Assembly (NCBI GenBank): GCA_963789885.1 | Contig: CAWBNB010000049.1 | Coordinates: 1,304 to 65,303 of the forward strand | DNA from: an uncultured beta proteobacterium | GTDB taxonomy: Bacteria; Pseudomonadota; Gammaproteobacteria; Burkholderiales; SG8-39 | DNA length: 64,000 nucleotides | Reading direction: 5' to 3' | Part shown: piece after piece, positions 12,556 through 20,273 of the stretch | How the letters are laid out: the number at the start of each line of letters is the position of its first letter | How positions within the stretch are numbered: the stretch's first letter is position 1 | Made by a program: the position numbers and the translations under genes | The notes under the pieces: model-generated | The model's database searches: none | What the model saw: the letters and a program-made list of their open reading frames with translations, nothing else | Told to the model about the DNA's origin: nothing

Positions 12556-13536
12556 ATGAAATTCCGGCCTCTCGGACGCACCGGCGTGCAGGTGTCGCAG
12601 CTCTGCGGCGGCACGATGGCCTACGGCGGCGACGCGGACGAAGGCGCCTCCGCGGCGATGTACAAGGCGTGCCGCGACGCCGGCATCAACTTCTTCGATA
12701 CCGCGAACCAGTACAGCAGCGGGCGTTCGGAGACGATCCTCGGCGCGCTGATGCAGGGTCACCGCGAGGAGCTCGTCATCGCGACGAAGTGCTTCAACCC
12801 GACCGGCGCCGACGTCAACGCGCGCGGACTCTCCCGCCGCCACATCACCCGCGCGGCCGAGGACAGCCTGAAGCGGCTCCGAACCGACCGCGTCGAGGTG
12901 CTCTATCTGCACCAGATGGACCCGTCGACGCCGCTCGAGGAGTCGCTGCGTGCGCTCGAGGATCTGGTGCGCGCCGGGAAAGTGCTGTACCCGGCGCTCA
13001 GCAACCACACCGCGTGGCAGACGCAGAGAGCCGTCGACATCGAGGAGGCGCAGGGCTGGGCGCGGCTCCAGGTCCTCCAGCCGATGTACAACCTGGTGAA
13101 GCGGCAGGCCGAGGTCGAGATCCTGCCGATGGCCGAGGCGAACGGCCTCGGGGTGGTGCCCTACAGCCCCGCCGGCGGCGGACTCCTCTCGGGCAAGTAC
13201 GAGCAGAAGGAAGCCCCGGGGACCGGCCGGCTCGTCTCCAATCCGATGTACCAGGTCCGCTACGGCGAGGACTGGATGCACGAAACCGCGGCGAATTTCG
13301 CCGCGCTTTGCAAGCAGCGCGGGGTGCACCCGATGAGCATGGCCGTCGCGTGGACCGGCAGCCACCCCGCGATCACCGCCCCCATTATCGGCGGGCGGAA
13401 CGTCGACCAGCTGCAGGCGTCGCTCGACTCGGTGAAGATCGACATGACGCCGGGGCTCCGCGCGGAAATTTCCGCGCTGTCGCGCACCCCGCCGCCGGCG
13501 ACCGACCGCCTCGAAGAGGCGAAGGCGAAGACGTAG
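12556..13536 (+). CDS. Aldo/keto reductase
   Basis: AKR pattern: GINFFDTANQY, LATKC, YLHQMD, PYSPAGGGLLSGKY. Confidence 0.9.
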   Translation: MKFRPLGRTGVQVSQLCGGTMAYGGDADEGASAAMYKACRDAGINFFDTANQYSSGRSETILGALMQGHREELVIATKCFNPTGADVNARGLSRRHITRAAEDSLKRLRTDRVEVLYLHQMDPSTPLEESLRALEDLVRAGKVLYPALSNHTAWQTQRAVDIEEAQGWARLQVLQPMYNLVKRQAEVEILPMAEANGLGVVPYSPAGGGLLSGKYEQKEAPGTGRLVSNPMYQVRYGEDWMHETAANFAALCKQRGVHPMSMAVAWTGSHPAITAPIIGGRNVDQLQASLDSVKIDMTPGLRAEISALSRTPPPATDRLEEAKAKT

Positions 13537-13553
13537 CGCGCCGGGCCGAGCCG

Positions 13554-14048
13554 CTAGCTCGCCCGGAAGACGTACTGCGCGTCCACCCCCGGCGTTCCCA
13601 TCCGCGCGCGAAAGAGCCGCTCGTCCGCTTCGCGCAGCCGGCGGCTCACTTCCCGCCCCATGTTCATCTGGATCATCGTGAACTGCTCGAGATCCTTCTC
13701 GTACACGCGGTAGAGGCTCGCGGCGGAAACGAGGATCGCCCGGCAGTCCTCGGTGGCACGCACGGAGGCGCTGCGCGGCATGAGATCCATCAGCGCCATC
13801 TCGCCGAAGCAGTCGCCCGTCTCGAGCGCGTGCAGCAGGTACTCCTCGTTCTGCCAGGACTTCAGCACCGCAACCTTCCCCGCCTCGAGGACGAACATCG
13901 CGTCGGCCGGGTCGCGCTCGCGGAAGAAGTACTCCCCCGCTGGAACGTCGACGATCGGGCACGTCCCAAGCAGGAATCGCAGAATGTCCGCCCGGATCCC
14001 GCCGAAGACGGGCATGCGCTGCAGGAGCTCGATCCGCGCCGCTTCCAT
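13554..14048 (-). CDS. Cyclic-nucleotide-binding domain protein with no DNA-binding domain
   Basis: 164 aa. cNMP-binding beta-roll with FGEMALM...RSASVRA. The protein ends soon after the C-helix with no HTH. Confidence 0.8.
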   Translation of the reverse strand: MEAARIELLQRMPVFGGIRADILRFLLGTCPIVDVPAGEYFFRERDPADAMFVLEAGKVAVLKSWQNEEYLLHALETGDCFGEMALMDLMPRSASVRATEDCRAILVSAASLYRVYEKDLEQFTMIQMNMGREVSRRLREADERLFRARMGTPGVDAQYVFRAS

Positions 14049-14159
14049 AGACCCCCTCGGGGATGGTGATCGCCGGGCAGCCCCAACACTACGCCCAACT
14101 CGGGCGCCGCGCCCGCCAGCCCCGTCGGGCCGTCAGGACGCTGCGGCTTCACGCCCCAG

Positions 14160-14173
14160 GTGCGTAAGCGCAC
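14160..14173. promoter_or_regulatory. Palindrome GTGCGTAAGCGCAC (GTG-N8-CAC, CRP-type spacing), copy 1
   Basis: Lies in the divergent intergenic region, 44 bp upstream of the Crp/Fnr gene start. The 16-nt core GTGCGTAAGCGCACTT is identical to the one at 15080-15095. Confidence 0.4.
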
Positions 14174-14216
14174 TTTCCGGCAGCCGCCGGCGTGCTCGTA
14201 TCCTATAGTGCGCGTC

Positions 14217-14927
14217 ATGACAAGAGCCCAGCAACCCTCGAGCCTCGGCCTGAAGGCCATCGCGCTGCTCGAGGGTCTTCCCGCCGAGCGGCTCGATGCG
14301 CTCGCGCGCGAGTGCGCGTGGCGCACCTGCGCGCCCGAGCAGCAGATCATCTCGCGTGAGGCCGACGATCGCGACCTGTACCTGATCGTCTCCGGTCGCG
14401 TGCGCGTGACCACCTACTCCGCCGGTGGCCGGCAGGTGACGTTTCGCGACATCGGGTCGGGCGACTACTTCGGGGAGGTCGCGGCGATCGACGGCGAGCC
14501 GCGTTCGGCGGACGTGATCGCCCTCGAGAGCACGCTGGTTGCGTCGATGCCGCCGGCGGTCTTCCGGCGTCTGCTCCGGGAGGAGCCGCCGGTCGCGCAG
14601 CGCGTGCTGCTGCGGCTCGCGAGCCTGATGCGGGGGCTCTCCGAGCGGGTCATCGATCTCAGCACGCTCGGCGTGCAGAATCGGATCCACGCCGAGCTGC
14701 TGCGCCTCGCGCGCGAGGCCGGCGCCACGGGCAACACGGCGCGGATCGATCCCGCGCCGAAGCACGCCGACATCGCCAGCCGGGTCAGCACCTATCGGGA
14801 GCAGGTGACGCGGGAGCTCTCGGCACTCGTCAAGCTCGGCATCCTCGAGCGCGGCGAGCACGCGCTCGTCATCCGCGACCTCGCGCGCCTCGAGCGCCTG
14901 GTCGAGGAAGTTCGCGGCGCCGCCTGA
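14217..14927 (+). CDS. Crp/Fnr family transcriptional regulator
   Basis: cNMP-binding domain (FGEVAAIDGEPRSADV) plus C-terminal HTH with an R-E-x3-R recognition helix (STYREQVTRELSAL). Start taken at the ATG at 14217. Confidence 0.85.
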   Translation: MTRAQQPSSLGLKAIALLEGLPAERLDALARECAWRTCAPEQQIISREADDRDLYLIVSGRVRVTTYSAGGRQVTFRDIGSGDYFGEVAAIDGEPRSADVIALESTLVASMPPAVFRRLLREEPPVAQRVLLRLASLMRGLSERVIDLSTLGVQNRIHAELLRLAREAGATGNTARIDPAPKHADIASRVSTYREQVTRELSALVKLGILERGEHALVIRDLARLERLVEEVRGAA

Positions 14928-15072
14928 CGCGGCAGGTAGTCGTCACGATCCGAGGGGCCACAGCCCCTCGGGCTCCCCAAAGTCGGCGAAACCGCTGCTT
15001 GCAGCAGCGGTTTCATCCCTAGTCCCTCCGGCGTAAGCCGGCGGACGCCGCCCGCTAGTTCCTCCGGCCGTG

Positions 15073-15100
15073 CCTGGAAGTGCGTAAGCGCACTTCCAGG
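15073..15100. promoter_or_regulatory. Perfect 12-bp-arm inverted repeat CCTGGAAGTGCG-TAAG-CGCACTTCCAGG, containing copy 2 of the GTG-N8-CAC palindrome
   Basis: Read directly from the sequence. Centre lies about 85 bp upstream of the ATG at 15172. Confidence 0.45.
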
Positions 15101-15171
15101 CGACACCGCCGTCCCTAGCCTTCGAACTGTCGTGGTCGCACTTCGCGGCCGCAGGTTTCGAAGGAGACGTC

Positions 15172-15702
15172 ATGAACCGCTTCGCCCGCTGGTCGGTCGC
15201 CGCACTCGCCGCGCTCGCAGTCTCGAGCCCCGCCCTCGCCGGCGACGACGCCCCGCCGGCCGAGCCGGTGAAGCTCCGCTTCGATCCGCGGTTCGTCCTG
15301 GAGGCCGTCGCGCAGCGGATGGAAGTCACCCTCCGCCCGGACGTCCCGCTGCCGGCGGTCTTCGTCGAGAGCACGGTCCCGCTCCGCCAGTTCCAGGATG
15401 CGATGGAGGTGCAATGGCAGTTCCGGCCGCACCTCGTCGCGAATTCCTACGCGATGGCGCGGAACGAGATCTATCTGAGCGACGACCCTTCGTACTACCG
15501 GCGGTTCAAGCGGACGATCGACGATTCGCTCGCCCACGAGCTCGTGCACTACATCCAGGTGCAGTACTTCCAGGAGGACCTCGCCTCGGACAGCTGCGAG
15601 GTCCAGGCGGCCGAGATCCAGCGGTGGTTCCGGGACGAGCACGTGCTGCCCAAGCGCGACGTCGCCGCGCTGGCCGACGATCGCGCCACCCCGCCGCGCT
15701 GA
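15172..15702 (+). CDS. Small secreted HExxH protein (putative zinc metallopeptidase-like, hypothetical)
   Basis: Signal peptide ...SSPALA-GDD. HELVH at nt 15535-15549. AAGGAG SD before the ATG. Confidence 0.65.
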   Translation: MNRFARWSVAALAALAVSSPALAGDDAPPAEPVKLRFDPRFVLEAVAQRMEVTLRPDVPLPAVFVESTVPLRQFQDAMEVQWQFRPHLVANSYAMARNEIYLSDDPSYYRRFKRTIDDSLAHELVHYIQVQYFQEDLASDSCEVQAAEIQRWFRDEHVLPKRDVAALADDRATPPR

Positions 15703-16539
15703 TCAATCGGGCAGGAACAGCGCCGGATCGACGGCGACGGTGTTGAGATACACGGAGAAATGCAGATGCGGCCCGGTGACGCGGCCGGTCGCGCCCACCT
15801 TGCCGATCGGTGCGCCGGCCACGACGGCGTCGCCGACGCCCGCCTCGATCGCGCTCAGGTGCGAGTAGAGCGAGAGCAATCCCTGCCCGTGGTCGAGGAT
15901 GACGGTGCGGCCGGGGAAGAAGTAATCCCCGGTGTCGATCACCCGTCCCGCATTCGCCGCGATCACCGGCGTGCCCGAGGGCGCCGCGATGTCCATCCCG
16001 GTGTGCGGACTGCGCGGCTGGCCGTTGAAGTAACGGCGTAGCCCGAAGGTCCCCGAACGGGGCCCGGGCACCGGCTGCAGCATTGCGAGCATCGCCGGTA
16101 CGGCGTCGCTGAACGTCTTCAGCACCGCGGCGAGATGGACGCGCTCGCGCTCGTAGCGCGCCAGATCCTCGGGCGAAAGGTCGACCTGGCCCGGCGGCAC
16201 CTTGAGATGCTGTGCGGCGTATTGCTTCGGGCCGACGTCGACGTCGAAGCGCTCGAGCGCGCCGCCCGCGCGCTGCGCCTCCACCCTGAGTTTCGTGCCC
16301 GGCTTCGCGGCAAGCGCGATGCCGACGAGCGCAACCCACTCGTCGCCGTCGCGCACGACCAGCACGCGATCCTTGCCGATGTGCGCGCGCGGCGGGGGAT
16401 CCGCGGCGCCGAGGCGGATTCGCGCGACGCCGCCTGGCACCGCCGCGGCGCGGGGGAGCGCCGTCGCCCACGCGCGGGGCAGCCACGCGGATGCGAGGAG
16501 CGCGGGTGCGAGCGACAGCAGTGCCCTGCGGCGATTCAC
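15703..16539 (-). CDS. M23 family metallopeptidase (peptidoglycan DD-endopeptidase type)
   Basis: HTGMDIAAPSGTPV (HxxxD) and GPHLHFSVY (HxH) motifs. N-terminal signal peptide. Confidence 0.9.
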   Translation of the reverse strand: MNRRRALLSLAPALLASAWLPRAWATALPRAAAVPGGVARIRLGAADPPPRAHIGKDRVLVVRDGDEWVALVGIALAAKPGTKLRVEAQRAGGALERFDVDVGPKQYAAQHLKVPPGQVDLSPEDLARYERERVHLAAVLKTFSDAVPAMLAMLQPVPGPRSGTFGLRRYFNGQPRSPHTGMDIAAPSGTPVIAANAGRVIDTGDYFFPGRTVILDHGQGLLSLYSHLSAIEAGVGDAVVAGAPIGKVGATGRVTGPHLHFSVYLNTVAVDPALFLPD

Positions 16540-16542
16540 CGG

Positions 16543-17142
16543 CTACCTCTGGTGCGTGAACGGCAGCATCCGGTGGAGATACCGGTCGCGGTGGAGCCAC
16601 TGGTGGCGGATGCCGAGCGTCCAGTGGGCGAGCAGGGTGAGGAACAGCGCCGCGGCGGTGACGATGTGCGTCCACTCGGCGATCTTCGACAGCAGGGCGT
16701 GCTTGCCGACGAAATTGGGCATGTTCCAGACGCCGAAGAAGTTGACGCCGTAGCCGCCGGCCATGACAAACAGGAAGCCGCTGACCGGCATCACGAACAT
16801 GCAGAAGTAGAGCGTGGGTTCGATCCACCCGAGCACGCGCTTCTCGCCGTCGCTCAGGTTGGGCGCCCAGTCCGGCAGCGGCGTCGTCTTGCGCCAGATG
16901 TAGCGCGCGAGCGCCACCAGCAGCAGGATGAGCCCGATCGACTTGTGCCAGTTGTAGAGCGTCCCCTGGGCGAAGCCGGCGGTCGTCTTCCCCTGCGGCG
17001 TGTTGAGCATCGCGGCCGCGACGACGAACTGGTTGAGGATGAGCACGAAGACGGTCCAGTGCAGGACCTTGGTGACGACTCCGTAGCGGGTCGGGCTGTT
17101 CTTGATTGCGGCATCCCTCCTTTCGGCGGCCGACGGTACCAC
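16543..17142 (-). CDS. Cytochrome b561 family protein
   Basis: Four transmembrane helices with conserved His (VTKVLHWTV..., NWHKSIG..., AEWTHIV...). Confidence 0.85.
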   Translation of the reverse strand: MVPSAAERRDAAIKNSPTRYGVVTKVLHWTVFVLILNQFVVAAAMLNTPQGKTTAGFAQGTLYNWHKSIGLILLLVALARYIWRKTTPLPDWAPNLSDGEKRVLGWIEPTLYFCMFVMPVSGFLFVMAGGYGVNFFGVWNMPNFVGKHALLSKIAEWTHIVTAAALFLTLLAHWTLGIRHQWLHRDRYLHRMLPFTHQR

Positions 17143-17346
17143 GACCGCTCGCCGGGGCAGCAGGCGCGCGCTCGACGCGCACGCTCACGCGGATGGGCAT
17201 TCACCCCATCGAGAACGCGAACTTCGGCGAGATGGCGCGCGACAAGGTGTGGACGTCGTGCACGATAATTCTGCCGCTGCTGGAGAAGGGCGCGGCGGTG
17301 CGGCCGCTCGCGATCGGCGTGCCGCGCCGCTGACGCGGTCTTCGAG

Positions 17347-17556
17347 TTAAGCGAATCGCGCGCGAACGCGCTGCGTGAGCGCGCGGACGCCGTGCCCCGC
17401 CCACTGAGCGACGGCTTGCACCGCTTTGATCGCGCGATACACCGCCTCGGCGAGCGCCTCTGCACGCTGCAGCGTAGCGGTAGCCGCCGCGCGGTCGGCG
17501 GCGTTCATCTGGACCCGATCCAGCAAGTCGATCATGGAGCCAAGTTCTTGATTCAT
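17347..17556 (-). CDS. Small helical hypothetical protein
   Basis: 70 aa from the ATG at 17556, with GAGG about 8 nt upstream. A near-consensus promoter lies upstream. No recognisable family. Confidence 0.45.
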   Translation of the reverse strand: MNQELGSMIDLLDRVQMNAADRAAATATLQRAEALAEAVYRAIKAVQAVAQWAGHGVRALTQRVRARFA

Positions 17557-17603
17557 ATGGAGCCTCATTCGTTTCTGGCGATTATGGTGCATCGCACAAT
17601 AAG

Positions 17604-17632
17604 AATATAAGGCCCCCAGACAGGGTCTTCAA
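17604..17632 (-). promoter_or_regulatory. Sigma-70-like promoter TTGAAG-N17-TATATT (minus strand)
   Basis: -35 box is the reverse complement of 17627-17632 and -10 box is the reverse complement of 17604-17609, with an exact 17-nt spacer. Sits in a local AT-rich dip about 45 nt upstream of the 17556 start. Confidence 0.45.
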
Positions 17633-17654
17633 TCGCGAATTCGGATCCCTGCGA

Positions 17655-19349
17655 TCACCCCGGTGAATCGAGCATGACCTCCGCCCGCACTGCCCCCGCG
17701 CGCGCGTGGCGTGCGGTCAACTTCACCGACCCGCCCGGCCGCGCGCGGACCACCCACTCCACCTTGGCGCGATCCTCGGTCGCGTCGCCGCTCCAGCCGG
17801 CCCAGCCGCTCGGGACGACCGGCTTGTACGCGCGGCCCTCGAGCTGTCCGAGCTCTTCCCGAGCGCTGCCCGTCTCGAGCCGCGCGCCGTCGGGCACCTC
17901 GATCTCCGCGACGAGCGCGCGCACGGTCTTGTTCTTCAGCGCGCGCTGCGTGACGTAGCTCGGCAGCCAGCCGGAGTTCTGCACGACCAACCGTACGCGC
18001 CAGGAGTCCTCGCCGAGCCGCGTCGCGGTCGCTTCGACGAGCTCGAGCTTCGGCGAGACGAGGAGGTGCCACACGAGCCACTTCGGGAAGCGAGAGATCT
18101 CCTCCTCGAGGAGCGCGTGGGGCGGATTGCTCCAGGTGTAGAGCGCGTCCCAGCCGCCGAGCTCGACGTCGCCGAGCTGCGGATGGCGGAACGGATACCA
18201 GTCGACGAAACCGCGGCCGCCGAGCGCGCCGTCGTTCCAGGCGAGGAGCTTCAGGTCGTCCTCGAGCGGGTGCTCACGGTACCACTCGATGAACTTGTAG
18301 TCCGCGATCCCCGCCGCGCGCTGCGGGCTCCAGATCTCGATCGTCCAGGCGAAGAGGCCGAGGTGGTCGTAGGCCCAGTCATCGAACGAACCGGTGATCA
18401 CTTCCTTCGGGTGGTAGCGGAAATCGTGGAACACCGAGATGTTCGGATAACCGGTGAGCTCGGTCCCTTTCGCCCCGAGCTTCTGGTAGGTCCACAGGTC
18501 TTCCGCGGGGAGCGTGTCGTCGGCCTGGTGGGAGTACGGCCGCAGCAGCACGCCGCTGTAGGTGTGGAACAGGATCGCGCCGGTGACGTTCGGATGCGAC
18601 GCGATGAACTCCACCGCGGTGCGTACCTCCGGCTCCGAGGTCGGAAAGGGTCCGGCGCCGTGCTGCTCGTGCTCCTGCCGCCAGCCGGCCGGAAAGTTGC
18701 GGTTCAGGTCGAGCTGCTCGCGGCGCGGGGCGAGCTCGAGCGTGACGCCGTCCCAGGCGTCGATCGTCCCTTCGGGGAGCAGTCGGTAATAGCGGCCGCC
18801 CGTTTCGGTCGGATCGCGGCGGACCATCAGCCGCGGATCGCGGTCGGAGACCTTCCACGGGCCGTTCGGATCGGGGACGCGCATAGTAAGCACGCGGCCG
18901 TCGCCATCGACGTCCTCGCGGCGCAGCCCCGCTATCGGTTCCTCGTCATAGGGGTAGGGGCGAGTGCTCGAGCGGATGATCCTCGGCACGTCGGCGAGCG
19001 CCCATTCGGCGCCGTCGGGGTTGAGGCGCGGGCAGACGTAGAAGACGCGCGTGTCGAGACAGCGCGTCACCTCGGGGTCGGTGCCGTACTGCGTGACGAG
19101 GTAATGGAGCAGATACAGGCACGCCATCGAACCGGCAACTTCCGTCGCATGGATGTTGCCGTCGACCCAGAGCGCGGGCTTGTCGCGGTCGGCGCCGGAG
19201 TCGAAGCGCGTCGCGGTCGCGAGCCAGATGTCGCGGCCCTCGAAGCTCTTGCCGATGCTCTCGATCTGGACGAGCGCGGGATGCGCGGCGGCCAGGGCGT
19301 GCAGGGCGCGCGTGAGATCGTCGTAGCGAAGGTAGGTGTCGAACCGCAT
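17655..19349 (-). CDS. M14 family zinc carboxypeptidase
   Basis: SIGKSFEGRDIW...WVDGNIHATEVAG (HxxE zinc site). Start at the ATG at 19349, preceded by GGAG. The 114 upstream codons of the ORF are not protein-like. Confidence 0.85.
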   Translation of the reverse strand: MRFDTYLRYDDLTRALHALAAAHPALVQIESIGKSFEGRDIWLATATRFDSGADRDKPALWVDGNIHATEVAGSMACLYLLHYLVTQYGTDPEVTRCLDTRVFYVCPRLNPDGAEWALADVPRIIRSSTRPYPYDEEPIAGLRREDVDGDGRVLTMRVPDPNGPWKVSDRDPRLMVRRDPTETGGRYYRLLPEGTIDAWDGVTLELAPRREQLDLNRNFPAGWRQEHEQHGAGPFPTSEPEVRTAVEFIASHPNVTGAILFHTYSGVLLRPYSHQADDTLPAEDLWTYQKLGAKGTELTGYPNISVFHDFRYHPKEVITGSFDDWAYDHLGLFAWTIEIWSPQRAAGIADYKFIEWYREHPLEDDLKLLAWNDGALGGRGFVDWYPFRHPQLGDVELGGWDALYTWSNPPHALLEEEISRFPKWLVWHLLVSPKLELVEATATRLGEDSWRVRLVVQNSGWLPSYVTQRALKNKTVRALVAEIEVPDGARLETGSAREELGQLEGRAYKPVVPSGWAGWSGDATEDRAKVEWVVRARPGGSVKLTARHARAGAVRAEVMLDSPG

Positions 19350-19517
19350 TTTCACCGCTCCGGGAGGAGACCGATTATCCTCGCGGGGCCGCGACCCGCC
19401 CACCGGCGTCGAGCCGGCCCGGATCAGCCTGGTGCTGCGGGAGAATCTGCCGGCGTGAGCGGACATCGCCCGCGGCGCGCCCTTTCCCCTCCAACCCTGC
19501 TCTGCCATACTGCCCGC

Positions 19518-19754
19518 ATGCGCACGATCGGCAAACGCGAGATCCGCCAGCCATCGGCCGTGCCCAGCGCAGGGGCGCTCCGGGAGGCTGCGGCGCATCA
19601 AGCGGCCGGCCAGGCTTTGGCGGCCATGGCAACGACTGGGGTCCGCAAGGGCATCTATCGGTTCGCATCCCATGCCGAGATGAATCGCCACACCGACGAG
19701 GCGCTGGCGCGCGCCGTGGCGTTAAACGCGCGCCGGCGGGCCGTGCGACGGTGA
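19518..19754 (+). CDS. Small hypothetical protein, upstream partner of the nucleotidyltransferase
   Basis: 78 aa. These are the last codons of the otherwise antisense ORF 17706-19754. C-terminal KGIYRFASHAEMNRHTDEAL motif. Its TGA stop (19752-19754) directly abuts the next ATG (19755). Confidence 0.55.
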   Translation: MRTIGKREIRQPSAVPSAGALREAAAHQAAGQALAAMATTGVRKGIYRFASHAEMNRHTDEALARAVALNARRRAVRR

Positions 19755-20249
19755 ATGACCGATCCTTCCTCGAAGCTCGCGCGGCCGGCGAGCGTCGATG
19801 ACCTCAAGCTGCTGCTGCGCGCGCTCCACGATCACGACGTCGACTACCTGCTGATCGGCGGATACGCCTTGAACGCGCTCGGCTACCAGCGCGGAACGGT
19901 GGACATCGACCTGGTGCTGCGGCCCACGCGCGACGAGGGAGAGAAGGTCAAACGTGCGCTGCTGCTGCTGCCGGACGGGGTCGCCAAGGATCTGGATCCC
20001 GAATGGTTCGCGGATGCCGAGACCATCCGCGTCGCCGACGCCTTCATCGTCGACCTTATGTTCAACGCTTGCGGCGAAACTTACGAGTCGCTGCTCCCCT
20101 ACGCAGTCACGATCGACCTCGATGGGGTACCGGTCCGTACGCTCAACCTGGAGGGTCTGCTAAAGACCAAGCAGAGCGTGCGCGACAAGGACAGATTGGA
20201 CCGTGAAGTGCTCGAGCGTGCACTGGCCGAGTCGAAGAAGCCGGAGTGA
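19755..20249 (+). CDS. Minimal nucleotidyltransferase-fold protein
   Basis: 164 aa. hG[GS]-x13-DhDh signature LIGGYALNALGYQRGTVDIDLVL (nt about 19857-19910). Confidence 0.7.
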   Translation: MTDPSSKLARPASVDDLKLLLRALHDHDVDYLLIGGYALNALGYQRGTVDIDLVLRPTRDEGEKVKRALLLLPDGVAKDLDPEWFADAETIRVADAFIVDLMFNACGETYESLLPYAVTIDLDGVPVRTLNLEGLLKTKQSVRDKDRLDREVLERALAESKKPE

Positions 20250-20273
20250 ACCCAGCGGCGGAGGCTGATCGCC

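Noticed and set aside
15506-17200. 564-aa minus-strand ORF and the 377-aa plus-strand ORF 16135-17268
   Set aside because: They are off-frame or antisense to the M23 peptidase and cytochrome b561 genes, which have clear family motifs.
17106-17333. 75-aa plus-strand ORF between cytochrome b561 and the small helical gene
   Set aside because: It has no SD, overlaps the b561 start region, and has a mixed composition. It cannot be distinguished from a chance ORF.
17706-19517. The first ~600 codons of the 682-aa plus-strand ORF 17706-19754
   Set aside because: It is antisense to the M14 carboxypeptidase, which has clear zinc-site motifs, and its composition is not protein-like. Only the last 78 codons (19518-19754), which lie beyond the peptidase gene, were kept as a candidate CDS.
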